From positions 2,887 to 66,886 of the forward strand of contig JAPLDX010000058.1 in NCBI GenBank assembly GCA_026391215.1: a stretch of 64,000 nt of DNA, given 5' to 3'. Origin of the DNA: Bacteroidia bacterium (GTDB taxonomy: Bacteria; Bacteroidota; Bacteroidia; Bacteroidales; VadinHA17). Both the position numbers and the translations under genes were made by a program. Position 1 is the first letter of the stretch. Each line of letters begins with the position of its first letter. The notes beneath the pieces were generated by a model. The model was not told the origin of the DNA and searched no databases. It was given only the letters and a program-made list of their open reading frames with translations. Positions 1-12,097 of the stretch are shown piece after piece.

Positions 1-150
1 GCTCTTGGAGAAGCTCATACAAAAGTAGGTCTGATAGGCATAAAGGTGTGGGTTTGCAACGGCGAGGTATTCGGCAAGAGAGATCTGAGTCCCAATATCG
101 GCGCAAGGAATGCTAAAACCAAAAGCCTTAAAAGGAAGACAAAGAAATAA
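1..150 (+). CDS. rpsC: 30S ribosomal protein S3, C-terminal fragment (5' end outside window)
   Basis: Frame 1 is open from base 1 to TAA at 148-150. It translates to ...GLIGIKVWVCNGEVFGKRDL...KRKTKK and sits directly upstream of rplP, as in the S10 operon. Confidence 0.85.
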   Translation, partial: ALGEAHTKVGLIGIKVWVCNGEVFGKRDLSPNIGARNAKTKSLKRKTKK

Positions 151-188
151 GGAACTGGAAGTAAACAATAAAATAACACAATAAAGCG

Positions 189-608
189 ATGTTACAACCA
201 AAAAGGTCCAAATACAGAAGAGCCCAGAAAGGGAAAATGAAAGGCAATGCACAGAGAGGTAATCAGCTGGCATTCGGATCATTTGGAATAAAGACTCTGG
301 AACAGTCCTGGATCACCGGGAGGCAGATCGAAGCAGCTCGTCAGGCTGTTACACGTCATATGAAACGTGAAGGACAGCTCTGGATAAGGGTTTTCCCGGA
401 TAAGCCTATAACAAAGAAACCTGCTGAGGTGCGTATGGGAAAAGGCAAAGGTGCCCCTGAGGGATTTGTAGTTCCGGTTACCCCGGGAAGGATATTGCTG
501 GAAGCCGAAGGAGTCTCCTATGAAGTAGCCAAAGAGGCTCTCCGGCTCGGAGCACAGAAGCTGCCGGTAAAGACAAAATTTATTGTAAGACGCGATTACA
601 CTGAGTAA
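189..608 (+). CDS. rplP: 50S ribosomal protein L16
   Basis: ORF-track protein [15 protein letters not shown]... has a typical L16 N-terminus. Operon order is canonical. Confidence 0.97.
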   Translation: MLQPKRSKYRRAQKGKMKGNAQRGNQLAFGSFGIKTLEQSWITGRQIEAARQAVTRHMKREGQLWIRVFPDKPITKKPAEVRMGKGKGAPEGFVVPVTPGRILLEAEGVSYEVAKEALRLGAQKLPVKTKFIVRRDYTE

Positions 609-629
609 AATAATAATAGTATATAGTAT

Positions 630-833
630 ATGAAAACTTCAGAAATAAGGGAATTAAGCACATCGGACCTTATCGAACGTATCGATACGGAAAGGACAAT
701 GCTCATCCGTATGAAGCTTAACCATGCCATTACGCCCCTTGATAACCCTCAGAAGCTGAAACAGACAAAGCTTACTATTGCACGTCTGCTTACTGAATTG
801 CGCGCAAGAGAATCACAACCGAAATCTAAATAG
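630..833 (+). CDS. rpmC: 50S ribosomal protein L29
   Basis: 67 aa protein, MKTSEIRELSTSDL..., in the position between rplP and rpsQ. Confidence 0.95.
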   Translation: MKTSEIRELSTSDLIERIDTERTMLIRMKLNHAITPLDNPQKLKQTKLTIARLLTELRARESQPKSK

Positions 834-839
834 CCGTTA

Positions 840-1100
840 ATGACAATGGAAAGGAAAATCAGAAAAGAACGTATCGGAGTTGTTATCAGCGATAGCATGG
901 ACAAATCTATAATCGTTGCCGTTAAAGGAAAAGTGAAGCATCCCATCTATGGCAAGTTTGTCAACAAGACAAAAAAACTTATGGCCCATGATGAGGAAAA
1001 TACATGCAAGGTCGGAGATACTGTAAGGATATCAGAGAGCAGACCTCTAAGCAAAAATAAATCCTGGAGATTAGTTGAAATAATAGAAAGAGCTAAATAA
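840..1100 (+). CDS. rpsQ: 30S ribosomal protein S17
   Basis: ...[21 protein letters not shown]...HPIYGK... is an S17 signature. Operon order fits. Confidence 0.96.
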   Translation: MTMERKIRKERIGVVISDSMDKSIIVAVKGKVKHPIYGKFVNKTKKLMAHDEENTCKVGDTVRISESRPLSKNKSWRLVEIIERAK

Positions 1101-1102
1101 TT

Positions 1103-1468
1103 ATGATACAGCAGGAAAGCAGGCTAACAGTAGCTGATAACTCGGGAGCCAAGGAAGTCTTATGCATCAGGGTGCTGGGTGGCAGTAAAAAAAGATACGC
1201 CACTGTCGGTGACACAATTGTTGTGAGTGTGAAATCCGCTCTTCCTTCAGGTGAAGCAAAAAAAGGTACGGTGAGCAAAGCCGTCGTAGTCAGAACAAAA
1301 AAGGAGATCCGTCGTCCGGATGGTTCCTATATTAGATTTGATGACAATGCCGTGGTCCTTCTCAACAACCTGAATGAGGTAAGGGGAACCCGTATTTTCG
1401 GCCCGGTGGCAAGAGAATTGCGCGATAAATACATGAAAATCGTTTCACTGGCACCTGAGGTATTGTAA
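1103..1468 (+). CDS. rplN: 50S ribosomal protein L14
   Basis: [27 protein letters not shown]... is a near-universal L14 N-terminus. Confidence 0.98.
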   Translation: MIQQESRLTVADNSGAKEVLCIRVLGGSKKRYATVGDTIVVSVKSALPSGEAKKGTVSKAVVVRTKKEIRRPDGSYIRFDDNAVVLLNNLNEVRGTRIFGPVARELRDKYMKIVSLAPEVL

Positions 1469-1485
1469 TAAATAAACAGACAACA

Positions 1486-1809
1486 ATGCAAAAGAAAATA
1501 CATATAAAGAAGGGTGATACGGTTATGGTCATAACCGGTGAATCAAAAGGTCAGAAAGGACGGGTCCTTAGTGTTGACAGAGCCAAGGAAAGGGCTATTG
1601 TGGAAAGCGTGAACATGGTGTCGAAACATACCAAACCTAATTCAAAATCTCCTCAGGGAGGAATTGTGAAAAAGGAAGCACCCATCCACCTTTCAAACCT
1701 TATGCTTATTGATCCTGCATCCGGGAAACCTACCCGTGTCGGGAAAAGGCTCAACGAAAAAAATAAACTAGTGCGTTATTCAAAAAAATCAGGAGAGGAG
1801 ATCAAGTAA
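1486..1809 (+). CDS. rplX: 50S ribosomal protein L24
   Basis: KOW motif [21 protein letters not shown]. Operon order fits. Confidence 0.96.
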   Translation: MQKKIHIKKGDTVMVITGESKGQKGRVLSVDRAKERAIVESVNMVSKHTKPNSKSPQGGIVKKEAPIHLSNLMLIDPASGKPTRVGKRLNEKNKLVRYSKKSGEEIK

Positions 1810-2360
1810 TGTACGTACCAATGCTTAAAACCAAGTATAAGGATGAGATCGTCCCTTCATTGATGAAGGAATTCGGGTATAAAACCGTAATGCAGGTCCC
1901 AAAATTGCAAAAGATTGTTATTAACCAGGGTGTCGGACAGGCAATTGCCGATAAGAAACTGCTTGAGTCAGGTATTAAGGAATTAACAGATATAGCCGGT
2001 CAAAAGGCTGTTCTTACCTACTCATCAAAGGATATATCGAACTTCAAGTTAAGAAAAAACATGCCCATCGGAATTATGGTAACATTGAGACAGGATAGGA
2101 TGTATGAATTTCTTGAAAGGCTGATAGCTGTTGCTCTGCCCCGTATCCGCGACTTTAAAGGCATAAACGCAAAACTCGACGGACGTGGCAACTACACACT
2201 GGGGATAACTGAACAAATCATATTCCCCGAGATTGACCTTGATAAGATATCAAAGATCATGGGTTTACAAGTCAGCTTTGTTACGTCAGCAAAAACGGAT
2301 GAAGAGGCCCTTGCCCTGCTGAAGAATTTTGGATTACCATTTAAAACTTCTAAAAACTGA
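1809..2360 (+). CDS. rplE: 50S ribosomal protein L5
   Basis: 183 aa protein with ...[14 protein letters not shown].... Its ATG overlaps the rplX stop (TAATG). Confidence 0.97.
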   Translation: MYVPMLKTKYKDEIVPSLMKEFGYKTVMQVPKLQKIVINQGVGQAIADKKLLESGIKELTDIAGQKAVLTYSSKDISNFKLRKNMPIGIMVTLRQDRMYEFLERLIAVALPRIRDFKGINAKLDGRGNYTLGITEQIIFPEIDLDKISKIMGLQVSFVTSAKTDEEALALLKNFGLPFKTSKN

Positions 2361-2364
2361 TATT

Positions 2365-2634
2365 ATGGCTAAGGAATCATTGATGGCCCGCGAAGTAAAA
2401 CGCGCACGACTGACAAAGAAATATGCTGCTAAAAGAGCCGCGCTGAAAGCCGAAGGCAACTATGTAGCCTTGAGCCGTCTGCCAAGGAACTCAAATCCGA
2501 ACAGGATGCGTAACCGGTGTAAAATTACCGGCCGTTCAAGAGGATATATGAGACAGTTTGGTATCAGCAGGATAACCTTCAGGGAGATGGCTTCTTACGG
2601 CCTTATCCCCGGTATAAAGAAAGCCAGCTGGTAA
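2365..2634 (+). CDS. rpsN: 30S ribosomal protein S14 (long, 89 aa form)
   Basis: [16 protein letters not shown]...[26 protein letters not shown]...W. I chose the internal ATG at 2365 rather than the track start at 2329, which overlaps rplE. Confidence 0.93.
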   Translation: MAKESLMAREVKRARLTKKYAAKRAALKAEGNYVALSRLPRNSNPNRMRNRCKITGRSRGYMRQFGISRITFREMASYGLIPGIKKASW

Positions 2635-2670
2635 TTTGAAAATGAATATAAACTATATAAAGAATTTAAG

Positions 2671-3069
2671 ATGACGGATCCAATTGCAGATTTACTGACC
2701 AGAATTAGAAATGCCATTCTGGCCGGTCATAAGGTTGTGGAGGCACCAGCATCCAATCTTAAGAAAGAAATTGCAAGAATACTTTTTGAAAAAGGATATA
2801 TTCTCAGCTATAAAGTTGTGAAGAGTGATAATGGACAGGGTATTCTGAAGATTGCTCTCAAATATAATCCTAAGAGCAAAAAACCAGCTATTAAGGAATT
2901 GCAGCGGGTTAGCCGGCCTGGACTGAGGCATTATGCAGCTGTTGACGAAATGCCAAAAGTGCTGAACGGACTTGGTATTGCAATCGTCTCAACTTCAAAA
3001 GGATTGATGACCAACAAGGAGGCGAAGAAGGAAAATATAGGTGGTGAAGTGTTATGTTATGTTTATTAA
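2671..3069 (+). CDS. rpsH: 30S ribosomal protein S8
   Basis: [15 protein letters not shown]... is a classic S8 N-terminus. Confidence 0.97.
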   Translation: MTDPIADLLTRIRNAILAGHKVVEAPASNLKKEIARILFEKGYILSYKVVKSDNGQGILKIALKYNPKSKKPAIKELQRVSRPGLRHYAAVDEMPKVLNGLGIAIVSTSKGLMTNKEAKKENIGGEVLCYVY

Positions 3070-3085
3070 TCAGGAGGAAAGCTTA

Positions 3086-3640
3086 ATGTCACGAATAGGA
3101 AAATTACCTGTAAACCTGCCCAAAGGAGTCACTGTAAGCATCAGTGATGACAATATGGTAAGTGTGAAAGGACCTTTGGGAGAGTTAAGACAACCGGTTG
3201 ACAAAGACATGAAGGTTGAAGTGATTGACAACCAGATTGTTATCTCAAGACCCACCGAGTCCAAGAACCATAAATCGCTCCATGGCCTTTTCAGGGCACT
3301 TATTGCCAATATGGTGACCGGTGTTTCACAGGGATATAAAAAGGAGCTTGAGCTTGTAGGAGTTGGATATCGGGCTGAAGCTAAAGGACAAAATCTTGAA
3401 ATGAGCCTTGGATATTCACATGATATTATCATACAGCTTCCGGTTGAAGTGAAGGTGGAAACCAAAACAGAAAGAAGGAGCAATCCTGTAATAACGCTCT
3501 CAAGCATCGATAAGCAGCTTATCGGACATGTAGCAGCAAAAATCAGATCTCTCCGTCCGCCTGAACCTTACAAAGGCAAGGGAATCAAGTTTGTCGGTGA
3601 GCAGCTGAGGAGAAAGACCGGGAAATCTGCAAGTGTTTAG
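3086..3640 (+). CDS. rplF: 50S ribosomal protein L6
   Basis: MSRIGKLPVNLPKGV... starts at ATG 3086. The track start at 3041 lies inside rpsH. Confidence 0.95.
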   Translation: MSRIGKLPVNLPKGVTVSISDDNMVSVKGPLGELRQPVDKDMKVEVIDNQIVISRPTESKNHKSLHGLFRALIANMVTGVSQGYKKELELVGVGYRAEAKGQNLEMSLGYSHDIIIQLPVEVKVETKTERRSNPVITLSSIDKQLIGHVAAKIRSLRPPEPYKGKGIKFVGEQLRRKTGKSASV

Positions 3641-3663
3641 TAATCTGGTAAAAGTTAAGAAAG

Positions 3664-4023
3664 ATGGCTTTAACTAAGTTGGAAAAAAGGACAAGGATCA
3701 GAAAAAGGATCCGGAATAAAATAAGCGGCACTGCAGATACTCCAAGAGTTGCAGTTTATCGCAGCAACAAACAGATCTATGTTCAGGTTGTTGACGACCT
3801 GAACAAGGTTACGCTATTGTCAGCATCATCCAGAGAAAAGGAGGTTGCTGCCACCACAGGCATCAAAAAAACCGAACAGGCAAAGCTTGTTGGTAAATTG
3901 CTTGCCTCAAAGTGTAAGGAAAAAGGTATTCAGAAAGTAGTTTTCGACAGAAGCGGCTACAAATATCATGGAAGAGTAAAATCATTGGCAGATGCAGCCC
4001 GCGAAGGCGGATTAAAATTTTAA
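3664..4023 (+). CDS. rplR: 50S ribosomal protein L18
   Basis: 119 aa protein with ...[19 protein letters not shown]...[22 protein letters not shown]. Confidence 0.97.
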   Translation: MALTKLEKRTRIRKRIRNKISGTADTPRVAVYRSNKQIYVQVVDDLNKVTLLSASSREKEVAATTGIKKTEQAKLVGKLLASKCKEKGIQKVVFDRSGYKYHGRVKSLADAAREGGLKF

Positions 4024-4029
4024 CGGACT

Positions 4030-4545
4030 ATGGCAGACGGCATTAGAAAAGTAAAGACAAGCGATCTTGAACTTAAGGACAGACTGGTAAGCATCCAGAG
4101 AGTTACAAAAGTTACAAAAGGAGGACGTACATTCAGCTTCTCGGCAATTGTTGTTGTGGGAAATGAAGATGGTATTGTTGGACATGGCCTTGGTAAGGCC
4201 AGTGAAGTGACAACGGCAATAGCAAAAGGAATAGAGGATGCCAAGAAGAACCTTATCAAGGTACCAGTTATAAACGGAACAATACCTCATGAACAGGTTG
4301 CCAAGTTTGGCGGAGCAAAAGTATTCATCAAACCTGCCTCGGAAGGAACAGGAGTAAAAGCCGGTGGTGCTATGCGTGCAGTCCTTGAAAGCGTTGGCAT
4401 CAGGAATGTGCTCGCCAAATCAAAAGGCTCTTCAAATCCGCACAACCTTGTAAAGGCGACATTCGCTGCACTCCTGGAAATGCGCGATGCATATTCCATA
4501 GCTGAGCACAGAGGAATAACAATGGAAAAAGTATTTAACGGTTAG
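4030..4545 (+). CDS. rpsE: 30S ribosomal protein S5
   Basis: ...[26 protein letters not shown]... is an S5 dsRBD signature. Confidence 0.97.
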   Translation: MADGIRKVKTSDLELKDRLVSIQRVTKVTKGGRTFSFSAIVVVGNEDGIVGHGLGKASEVTTAIAKGIEDAKKNLIKVPVINGTIPHEQVAKFGGAKVFIKPASEGTGVKAGGAMRAVLESVGIRNVLAKSKGSSNPHNLVKATFAALLEMRDAYSIAEHRGITMEKVFNG

Positions 4546-4559
4546 TAAAGCATAATGCG

Positions 4560-4739
4560 ATGGCAAAAATTCGTATTACACAGATAAAAAGCAAAAACGG
4601 TAAACCTGAGACTCAGAAAAGGACTCTTGAGGCTCTTGGCATACACAAGTTAAACCATAGTGTTGAACACGAGGCTACTCCTCAGATATTGGGAATGGTA
4701 CGTAAGATCAGTCACCTGGTTAAAGTAGAAAATATTTAA
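4560..4739 (+). CDS. rpmD: 50S ribosomal protein L30 (59 aa; below ORF-track length cutoff)
   Basis: Hand translation from ATG 4560 gives MAKIRITQIKSKNGKPETQKRTLEALGIHKLNHSVEHEATPQILGMVRKISHLVKVENI*. It lies between rpsE and rplO. Confidence 0.93.
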   Translation: MAKIRITQIKSKNGKPETQKRTLEALGIHKLNHSVEHEATPQILGMVRKISHLVKVENI

Positions 4740-4768
4740 GGTTTAAACCATATATACAGTATAAAGTT

Positions 4769-5215
4769 ATGGATTTGAGTAACTTAAAACCTGCAAAAGG
4801 ATCGGTGAAAAAGAACAGGCGTTTTGGCCGCGGACAAGGTTCTGGAAGAGGAGGAACATCCACCAGGGGCCACAAAGGCGCTAAATCCAGATCAGGTTAT
4901 AGTAAGAAGATCGGATTTGAAGGAGGTCAGATGCCCCTTCAGAGACGAGTTCCGAAATACGGTTTTAAAAATGTAAATCGCAAGGAATATAAAGGAATTA
5001 ATATAGGTGTTCTGCAGACCCTTGCTGAAAATAATAAGCTGGAGATAATAAATCCGGAAGTGCTTATTTCAGCCGGGTTTATTTCTAAGAATGCGCTGGT
5101 GAAGATACTTGGCAAAGGGACACTCGAAAAGAAACTCGAAGTCCATGCCCATGCTTTCAGCAAATCAGCTGTAGCAGCAATTGAAGCCAAAAACGGAACC
5201 GTTGTAAAACTGTAA
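4769..5215 (+). CDS. rplO: 50S ribosomal protein L15
   Basis: MDLSNLKPAKGSVKKNRRFGRGQGSGRGGTSTRGHKG... is L15. Confidence 0.97.
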   Translation: MDLSNLKPAKGSVKKNRRFGRGQGSGRGGTSTRGHKGAKSRSGYSKKIGFEGGQMPLQRRVPKYGFKNVNRKEYKGINIGVLQTLAENNKLEIINPEVLISAGFISKNALVKILGKGTLEKKLEVHAHAFSKSAVAAIEAKNGTVVKL

Positions 5216-5219
5216 TTCC

Positions 5220-6548
5220 ATGAGACTGATCAACACCTTAAAGAACATTTGGAAGATAGAAGACCTTCGTGCAAGATTACTTTATACCCTGGGGATAATC
5301 CTTCTGTACAGGCTTGGCAAATATATAACTCTTCCGGGAATTGATCCTTCACAGCTGGCAAATTTACAAAGCCAGACTTCTTCGGGTATTATGGGACTGC
5401 TCGATATGTTCTCGGGCGGAGCCTTTTCACGGGCTTCTGTATTTGCCCTCGGAATAATGCCTTATATATCTGCTTCAATCGTCGTTCAGCTTCTGGGTAT
5501 AGTATTTCCGTATTTCCAGAAACTGCAGAAAGAGGGAGAAAGCGGAAGACGTAAAATGAATCAATACACAAGATATCTTACAGTGGCTATCCTGATTCTT
5601 CAGGCCCCTACATACCTGGTTAACCTTCATGCTCAGCTTCCGGATACAGCATTTATATTGAAAGGGACTTTCTTTACAGTCTCATCAGTGATTATTCTCA
5701 CTGCAGGTACGATGTTCGTTATGTGGCTTGGCGAAAAGATTACCGATAAAGGTATCGGGAACGGAATATCACTCATTATCATGATCGGTATCGTGGCACG
5801 AATGCCAGCTAACTTCATCTTTGAAGCAGGTACAAGAATGAACGGTGCCGGAGGAGCTGTAGCCCTGATCGTTGAAATAGTATTATTATTCGTTGTTGTC
5901 CTGGGTACTATTCTCCTTGTACAGGGAACACGACGTGTCCCCGTGCAGTATGCCAGGAGGATTGTCGGAAATAAACAATATGGAGGCGTTCGTCAGTATA
6001 TTCCGCTGAAAGTCAATGCTGCGGGAGTTATGCCAATTATATTTGCCCAGGCTATTATGATGCTCCCTATAATAATTGCAGGTTATGCTTCATCAGGCTC
6101 AGGCTTTATGATAGCTTTTTCAAATATGTACGGTTTCTGGTACAACCTGGTAACAGGTATCCTGATTGTAGCCTTTACATATTTTTATACAGCCGTTACA
6201 ATCAACCCTGTACAGATGGCTGAAGATATGAAGAAGAACGGAGGTTTTATCCCTGGTATCAAACCGGGAAGGAAAACAGTCGATTTCTTTGATACAATAA
6301 TGTCGAGAATCACGTTACCCGGTTCAATTTTCCTTGCGATAATTGCAGTTCTTCCGGCTCTTGCTGTTGTGGCAAAAGTTACACCGCAGTTTGCACAATT
6401 CTATGGTGGAACATCACTTCTGATCCTTGTAGGAGTTGTTCTTGATACTCTGCAACAGATTGAAAGTCACTTGCTTATGCGTCATTATGATGGTTTGATG
6501 AAATCAGGACGCGTTAAGGGAAGGTCAGGAGCTGTTACATCAATTTAA
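5220..6548 (+). CDS. secY: Preprotein translocase subunit SecY
   Basis: 442 aa polytopic membrane protein with ...GIMPYISASIVVQLL... in the canonical position after rplO. Confidence 0.97.
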   Translation: MRLINTLKNIWKIEDLRARLLYTLGIILLYRLGKYITLPGIDPSQLANLQSQTSSGIMGLLDMFSGGAFSRASVFALGIMPYISASIVVQLLGIVFPYFQKLQKEGESGRRKMNQYTRYLTVAILILQAPTYLVNLHAQLPDTAFILKGTFFTVSSVIILTAGTMFVMWLGEKITDKGIGNGISLIIMIGIVARMPANFIFEAGTRMNGAGGAVALIVEIVLLFVVVLGTILLVQGTRRVPVQYARRIVGNKQYGGVRQYIPLKVNAAGVMPIIFAQAIMMLPIIIAGYASSGSGFMIAFSNMYGFWYNLVTGILIVAFTYFYTAVTINPVQMAEDMKKNGGFIPGIKPGRKTVDFFDTIMSRITLPGSIFLAIIAVLPALAVVAKVTPQFAQFYGGTSLLILVGVVLDTLQQIESHLLMRHYDGLMKSGRVKGRSGAVTSI

Positions 6549-6567
6549 ATAAGTATTACGTTCTTTG

Positions 6568-7344
6568 ATGTTGTATTTAAAGACTGATGAAGAGGTCGGG
6601 TTGCTGAGAGAGAGCAATTTACTGGTGTCAAAAACACTTGCTGAATTAGCCAGGTCTATTAAACCCGGGGTTACCACTCTGTACCTTGATCACATTGCCG
6701 AAGAATTTATCCGCGATCATTCTGCAGTTCCGGCATTCAAGGGATATGGAGGTTTTCCCAATACCCTCTGCACATCTGTTAATGATGAAGTGGTGCATGG
6801 TATCCCTTCAGACTATGAGCTTAAAGAAGGAGATATTATTTCGGTTGACTGTGGAGCGACGCTGGATGGATGGGTTGGAGACAGCGCTTTTACTTTTGCT
6901 GTCGGAGAAATAAAAGAGGAAATCAGACGTCTTCTCAATTTTACCAGGGCCTCGCTTGAAGAGGGGGTAAAAGTTGCAATTGCAGGAAACAGGATTGGTG
7001 ATGTTTCATATGCAGTGCAGTCGAAAGCTGAAAGCGGAGGATATTCTGTTGTCAGGGAACTTGTTGGTCATGGCATCGGGAAAAAAATGCATGAACCTCC
7101 TGAAGTTCCTAACTTCGGCAAGAAGGGAACAGGTCATAAAATGGAAAAGGGACTGGTGATCTGTATTGAACCGATGATCAATCTGGGTATAAAAGATACT
7201 ATCCAGATGAGTGACGGATGGACCATAAAAACCGCTGATGGAAAACCTTCGGCACATTTTGAATATGCCGTTGCAGTTAATAAAGGAAAGGCAGACGTAT
7301 TGACAACATTTAAATTTATTGACGAAGTTTTAAATAAAATGTAA
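6568..7344 (+). CDS. map: Type I methionine aminopeptidase
   Basis: ...[22 protein letters not shown]...LVGHGIG..MHE.P.V... metal-ligand motifs. The first ATG is at 6568; the track start at 6565 is a TTG. Confidence 0.95.
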   Translation: MLYLKTDEEVGLLRESNLLVSKTLAELARSIKPGVTTLYLDHIAEEFIRDHSAVPAFKGYGGFPNTLCTSVNDEVVHGIPSDYELKEGDIISVDCGATLDGWVGDSAFTFAVGEIKEEIRRLLNFTRASLEEGVKVAIAGNRIGDVSYAVQSKAESGGYSVVRELVGHGIGKKMHEPPEVPNFGKKGTGHKMEKGLVICIEPMINLGIKDTIQMSDGWTIKTADGKPSAHFEYAVAVNKGKADVLTTFKFIDEVLNKM

Positions 7345-7348
7345 TCGT

Positions 7349-7567
7349 ATGGCTAAGCAACCATCAATAGAGCAGGACGGCACTATTATTGAAGCCCTTT
7401 CAAATGCCATGTTCAGGGTTGAACTGGAGAACGGGCATGTGATTACCGCCCATATCTCAGGGAAGATGAGAATGCACTATATCAAGATTCTGCCGGGCGA
7501 TAAAGTAAAAGTGGAAATGTCACCATACGATCTGACAAAAGGAAGAATTACATTCAGATATAAATAA
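7349..7567 (+). CDS. infA: Translation initiation factor IF-1
   Basis: 72 aa protein with ...[20 protein letters not shown]...[19 protein letters not shown].... Confidence 0.97.
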   Translation: MAKQPSIEQDGTIIEALSNAMFRVELENGHVITAHISGKMRMHYIKILPGDKVKVEMSPYDLTKGRITFRYK

Positions 7568-7581
7568 GAAACATTAAGATA

Positions 7582-7698
7582 ATGAAAGTAAGAGCATCTG
7601 TTAAGAAGCGCAGCGCTGACTGTAAGATAGTCAAAAGAAAAGGGCGCATATATGTTATTAATAAGAAAAATCCCAAGTTCAAACAGAGACAGGGATAA
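7582..7698 (+). CDS. rpmJ: 50S ribosomal protein L36 (38 aa; below ORF-track cutoff)
   Basis: Hand translation gives [38 protein letters not shown]. It lies between infA and rpsM. Confidence 0.94.
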   Translation: MKVRASVKKRSADCKIVKRKGRIYVINKKNPKFKQRQG

Positions 7699-7705
7699 TT
7701 TTAAC

Positions 7706-7713
7706 TAATTTTG
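7706..7713 (+). promoter_or_regulatory. Candidate Bacteroidota sigma-A -7 box (TAATTTTG) ahead of rpsM
   Basis: Exact TAnnTTTG match about 24 nt upstream of the rpsM ATG. Confidence 0.4.
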
Positions 7714-7736
7714 CAACTCATTTAAGAAAAATTATT

Positions 7737-8114
7737 ATGGCACGTATTGTTGGGGTAGATTTACCAAGACATAAAAGAGGCGAAGTTGGACTGACATACA
7801 TTTATGGTGTCGGCAGAAGCACTGCTCAGAAAGTACTCGATGAGGCCGGTGTTGACAGGAATGCCAAAGTTGAGGAATGGACTGATGAACAGATAAATAC
7901 TATCCGCCGGATCCTTAACGATAACTATAAGCTTGAAGGAGAACTCCGTTCAGAGACTCAGCTGAACATAAAGAGGCTTATGGATATCGGTTGTTATCGT
8001 GGTGTCCGTCACAGAATAGGCCTTCCGGTCCGTGGGCAGAGTACAAAAAATAATGCCAGGACACGTAAAGGCAGGAAAAAAACTGTTGCAAACAAGAAGA
8101 AAGCTACTAAATAA
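7737..8114 (+). CDS. rpsM: 30S ribosomal protein S13
   Basis: [14 protein letters not shown]... is S13. Confidence 0.97.
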   Translation: MARIVGVDLPRHKRGEVGLTYIYGVGRSTAQKVLDEAGVDRNAKVEEWTDEQINTIRRILNDNYKLEGELRSETQLNIKRLMDIGCYRGVRHRIGLPVRGQSTKNNARTRKGRKKTVANKKKATK

Positions 8115-8121
8115 ATAGACT

Positions 8122-8511
8122 ATGGCAAAGAAAACCGGAGCGCTAAAGAAAAGGCTTGTTAAGGTAGAACCATCGGGTCAGGCTCATGTACATTCATCAT
8201 TCAATAATATTATTGTTACGCTGACGAATAATTCCGGTCAGGTTATTTCGTGGGCATCTGCAGGTAAAATGGGGTTTAAGGGTTCCAAGAAAAATACTCC
8301 TTACGCTGCCCAGATGGCATCGGAAGAATGTGGGAAGGTAGCTTATGACCTTGGCCTGAGAAAAGTCAAGGTATTTGTAAAAGGGCCCGGATCAGGCCGT
8401 GAATCGGCAATCAGGGCAATATCAGGCGTTGGAATTGAAGTCACTGAAATTGTTGATGTAACACCAATGCCACACAACGGCTGCCGGGCTCCAGGAAGAA
8501 GAAGAGTATAA
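8122..8511 (+). CDS. rpsK: 30S ribosomal protein S11
   Basis: ...[30 protein letters not shown]... is S11. Confidence 0.97.
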   Translation: MAKKTGALKKRLVKVEPSGQAHVHSSFNNIIVTLTNNSGQVISWASAGKMGFKGSKKNTPYAAQMASEECGKVAYDLGLRKVKVFVKGPGSGRESAIRAISGVGIEVTEIVDVTPMPHNGCRAPGRRRV

Positions 8512-8543
8512 TTTAGTAGGAACAGATATAAATTAATAGTAAG

Positions 8544-9152
8544 ATGGCAAGATATACCGGCCCAAGAACAAGAATCGCAAGAAAATTCGGAGAGCCGATC
8601 TATGGTCCCGATAAACACCTGGAAAGAAGGAATTTTCCTCCAGGACAGCATGGTGTGACTAAAAAGAGGAAGAAGACATCAGAATATGGAATTCAGCTTA
8701 GGGAAAAACAGAAAGCAAAATATACATATGGTGTTCTGGAACGTCAATTCCGCAATACTTTCGAGAAAGCTTCAAGATCAAAAGGGGTTACCGGTGCGGT
8801 TCTCCTTCAGCTCCTTGAATCTCGCCTCGATAACGTGGTTTACCGCCTGGGCGTTGCTCCCACCAGAGCAAGTGCACGTCAGCTGGTTTCCCACCGTCAT
8901 TTAACTGTAAACGGCAAAGTTGTCAATGTCCCTTCTTATCAGCTTAAGCCGGGTGATATCATCGGAGTTCGTGAGAAGTCAAAATCTCTGGAAACAATCG
9001 TTGATTCACTCACAACACGTCAAAGCTCAAAGCTCCCATGGCTTGAATGGGATGACACTCAGATGGCAGGTAAATTCATGACTATGCCTGAACGAACTGA
9101 TATTCCTGAAAATATAAAGGAACAACTAATAGTCGAATTGTATTCAAAGTAA
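8544..9152 (+). CDS. rpsD: 30S ribosomal protein S4
   Basis: [19 protein letters not shown]... with an S4 RNA-binding domain. Confidence 0.97.
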   Translation: MARYTGPRTRIARKFGEPIYGPDKHLERRNFPPGQHGVTKKRKKTSEYGIQLREKQKAKYTYGVLERQFRNTFEKASRSKGVTGAVLLQLLESRLDNVVYRLGVAPTRASARQLVSHRHLTVNGKVVNVPSYQLKPGDIIGVREKSKSLETIVDSLTTRQSSKLPWLEWDDTQMAGKFMTMPERTDIPENIKEQLIVELYSK

Positions 9153-9170
9153 TAATATAAGATAAACTCT

Positions 9171-10163
9171 ATGGCCATTTTATCATTCCAGAAGCCCGAT
9201 AAAGTAATAATGCTGGAAGCGGACGACAAACTCGGAAAATTCGAGTTCCGTCCTCTTGAACCAGGCTATGGTATAACTGTTGGGAATGCATTGAGAAGAA
9301 TCCTTCTCTCTTCACTCGAAGGTTATGCCATTACTACGGTTAAGATTGAAGGCATCGACCACGAATTCTCCACCATTAAAGGTGTGATGGAGGATGTTAC
9401 TGAAATTATCCTTAACCTGAAGCAGATCAGGTTTAAAAGGACCGTGGATGATGTTGATAATGAAAAGATTACGATAAAGATCCATAATCAGGAAGTCTTT
9501 AAGGCAGCTAACCTTAACAATGCTCTCAGCAGCTTTGAGGTGCTTAATTCTGAGCTGGTTCTATTCAGAATGGAACCCGGAACCAAACTTCAGATCGAAC
9601 TGAATATTGGCAAAGGAAGAGGATATGTTCCGGCTGAAGAAAATGAACCGGCTGATGCTGAGTTCGGACTGATAGCCATCGACTCTATCTTTACACCGGT
9701 AAGGAATGTAAAATACTCGGTCGAAAACTTCCGCGTTGAACAGAAAACCGACTATGAAAAGCTCCTTTTTGAAATTGAGACCGATGGTTCAATTCATCCG
9801 AAAGATGCCCTTAAAGAAGCAGCCAAGATACTTATCTATCATTTCCTCTTGTTCTCTGATGAAAAAATAACTTTAGATTCAGACGATAAACTGGCTAATG
9901 AGGAATTTGACGAGGAGGTATTGCATATGAGACAGCTTTTGAAGACAAAACTGATAGACCTTGACCTGTCCGTCAGAGCTCTTAATTGCCTTAAAGCTGC
10001 TGAAGTTGAAACACTTGGGGATCTTGTCAAGTTCAATAAGAACGATTTGCTTAAATTCAGAAACTTTGGGAAGAAATCACTTACGGAGCTTGATGAACTG
10101 CTTGAATCCATGAGCCTTTCCTTTGGCATGGATGTAAGCAAGTATAAACTGGATAAAGATTAA
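9171..10163 (+). CDS. rpoA: DNA-directed RNA polymerase subunit alpha
   Basis: 330 aa protein with ...[20 protein letters not shown]... and a C-terminal helix-hairpin-helix ...[22 protein letters not shown].... Confidence 0.97.
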   Translation: MAILSFQKPDKVIMLEADDKLGKFEFRPLEPGYGITVGNALRRILLSSLEGYAITTVKIEGIDHEFSTIKGVMEDVTEIILNLKQIRFKRTVDDVDNEKITIKIHNQEVFKAANLNNALSSFEVLNSELVLFRMEPGTKLQIELNIGKGRGYVPAEENEPADAEFGLIAIDSIFTPVRNVKYSVENFRVEQKTDYEKLLFEIETDGSIHPKDALKEAAKILIYHFLLFSDEKITLDSDDKLANEEFDEEVLHMRQLLKTKLIDLDLSVRALNCLKAAEVETLGDLVKFNKNDLLKFRNFGKKSLTELDELLESMSLSFGMDVSKYKLDKD

Positions 10164-10191
10164 TTTGATAATTGTTTGAGAATAAATAGAA

Positions 10192-10722
10192 ATGCGACAT
10201 TCAAGAGTTATAAATCATTTAGGAAGAACGAGTTCCCACAGAAAGTCAATGATGTCTAACATGGCTTCTTCTCTTATAATTCATAAGAAGATCACAACAA
10301 CTGTTTCAAAAGCCAAAGCATTGAAGACTTATGTTGAACCACTCATTACTAAATCGAAAAAGGATTCGACACACTCCAGGAGAGTGGTGTTCAGCTATCT
10401 TAAGGATAAAGAAGCAGTAGCTGAACTATTCAGGGAAATATCACTGAAAATCGGAGAACGGCCGGGAGGATACACGCGTATTCTGAAAACCGGTAACAGG
10501 ATAGGCGACAATGCCGAGATGTGCATCCTTGAACTTGTTGATTACAACGAGATTAAGGTTAGCGGCAGCGAAGCAGCAAAAGCCAGGTCTGCAAGGAGAA
10601 GAAGATCACCCAAAAAGAAAGGTGAAGCAACAGTCAAGGCAAAAGCAGCAGCCGAAAAGACGGAAGAGATTGTTGAAGAAACAGAAGAAAAATCAGAAGA
10701 AACAGCACCGGAAGAAAAATAA
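10192..10722 (+). CDS. rplQ: 50S ribosomal protein L17 with charged C-terminal extension
   Basis: [29 protein letters not shown]... is L17. The last roughly 50 aa are K/E/A-rich. Confidence 0.96.
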   Translation: MRHSRVINHLGRTSSHRKSMMSNMASSLIIHKKITTTVSKAKALKTYVEPLITKSKKDSTHSRRVVFSYLKDKEAVAELFREISLKIGERPGGYTRILKTGNRIGDNAEMCILELVDYNEIKVSGSEAAKARSARRRRSPKKKGEATVKAKAAAEKTEEIVEETEEKSEETAPEEK

Positions 10723-10746
10723 TTACCGGGGATAGATATTAAAATT

Positions 10747-10776
10747 AAAGGGATAAGTCATTATCCCTTTTTTTTG
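10747..10776 (+). terminator. Rho-independent terminator after rplQ
   Basis: AAAGGGATAA-GTCA-TTATCCCTTT stem-loop followed by a T-run. Confidence 0.85.
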
Positions 10777-10807
10777 TATATTGCATAATTGTTTAATAAT
10801 AAATTAA

Positions 10808-12091
<1,284 letters not shown>

Positions 12092-12097
12092 TACACG

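Noticed and set aside
3072-3077. AGGAGG Shine-Dalgarno-like hexamer 9 nt upstream of rplF, in a genome that otherwise lacks SD sequences.
   Set aside because: It is a single occurrence and could be chance. I cannot assess significance without genome-wide SD statistics, so I do not report it as a regulatory site.
3070-3507. 145-aa minus-strand ORF, plus many 60-100 aa antisense ORFs across 749-11890.
   Set aside because: They lie antisense to highly conserved ribosomal protein, secY, rpoA and eno genes. No independent support.
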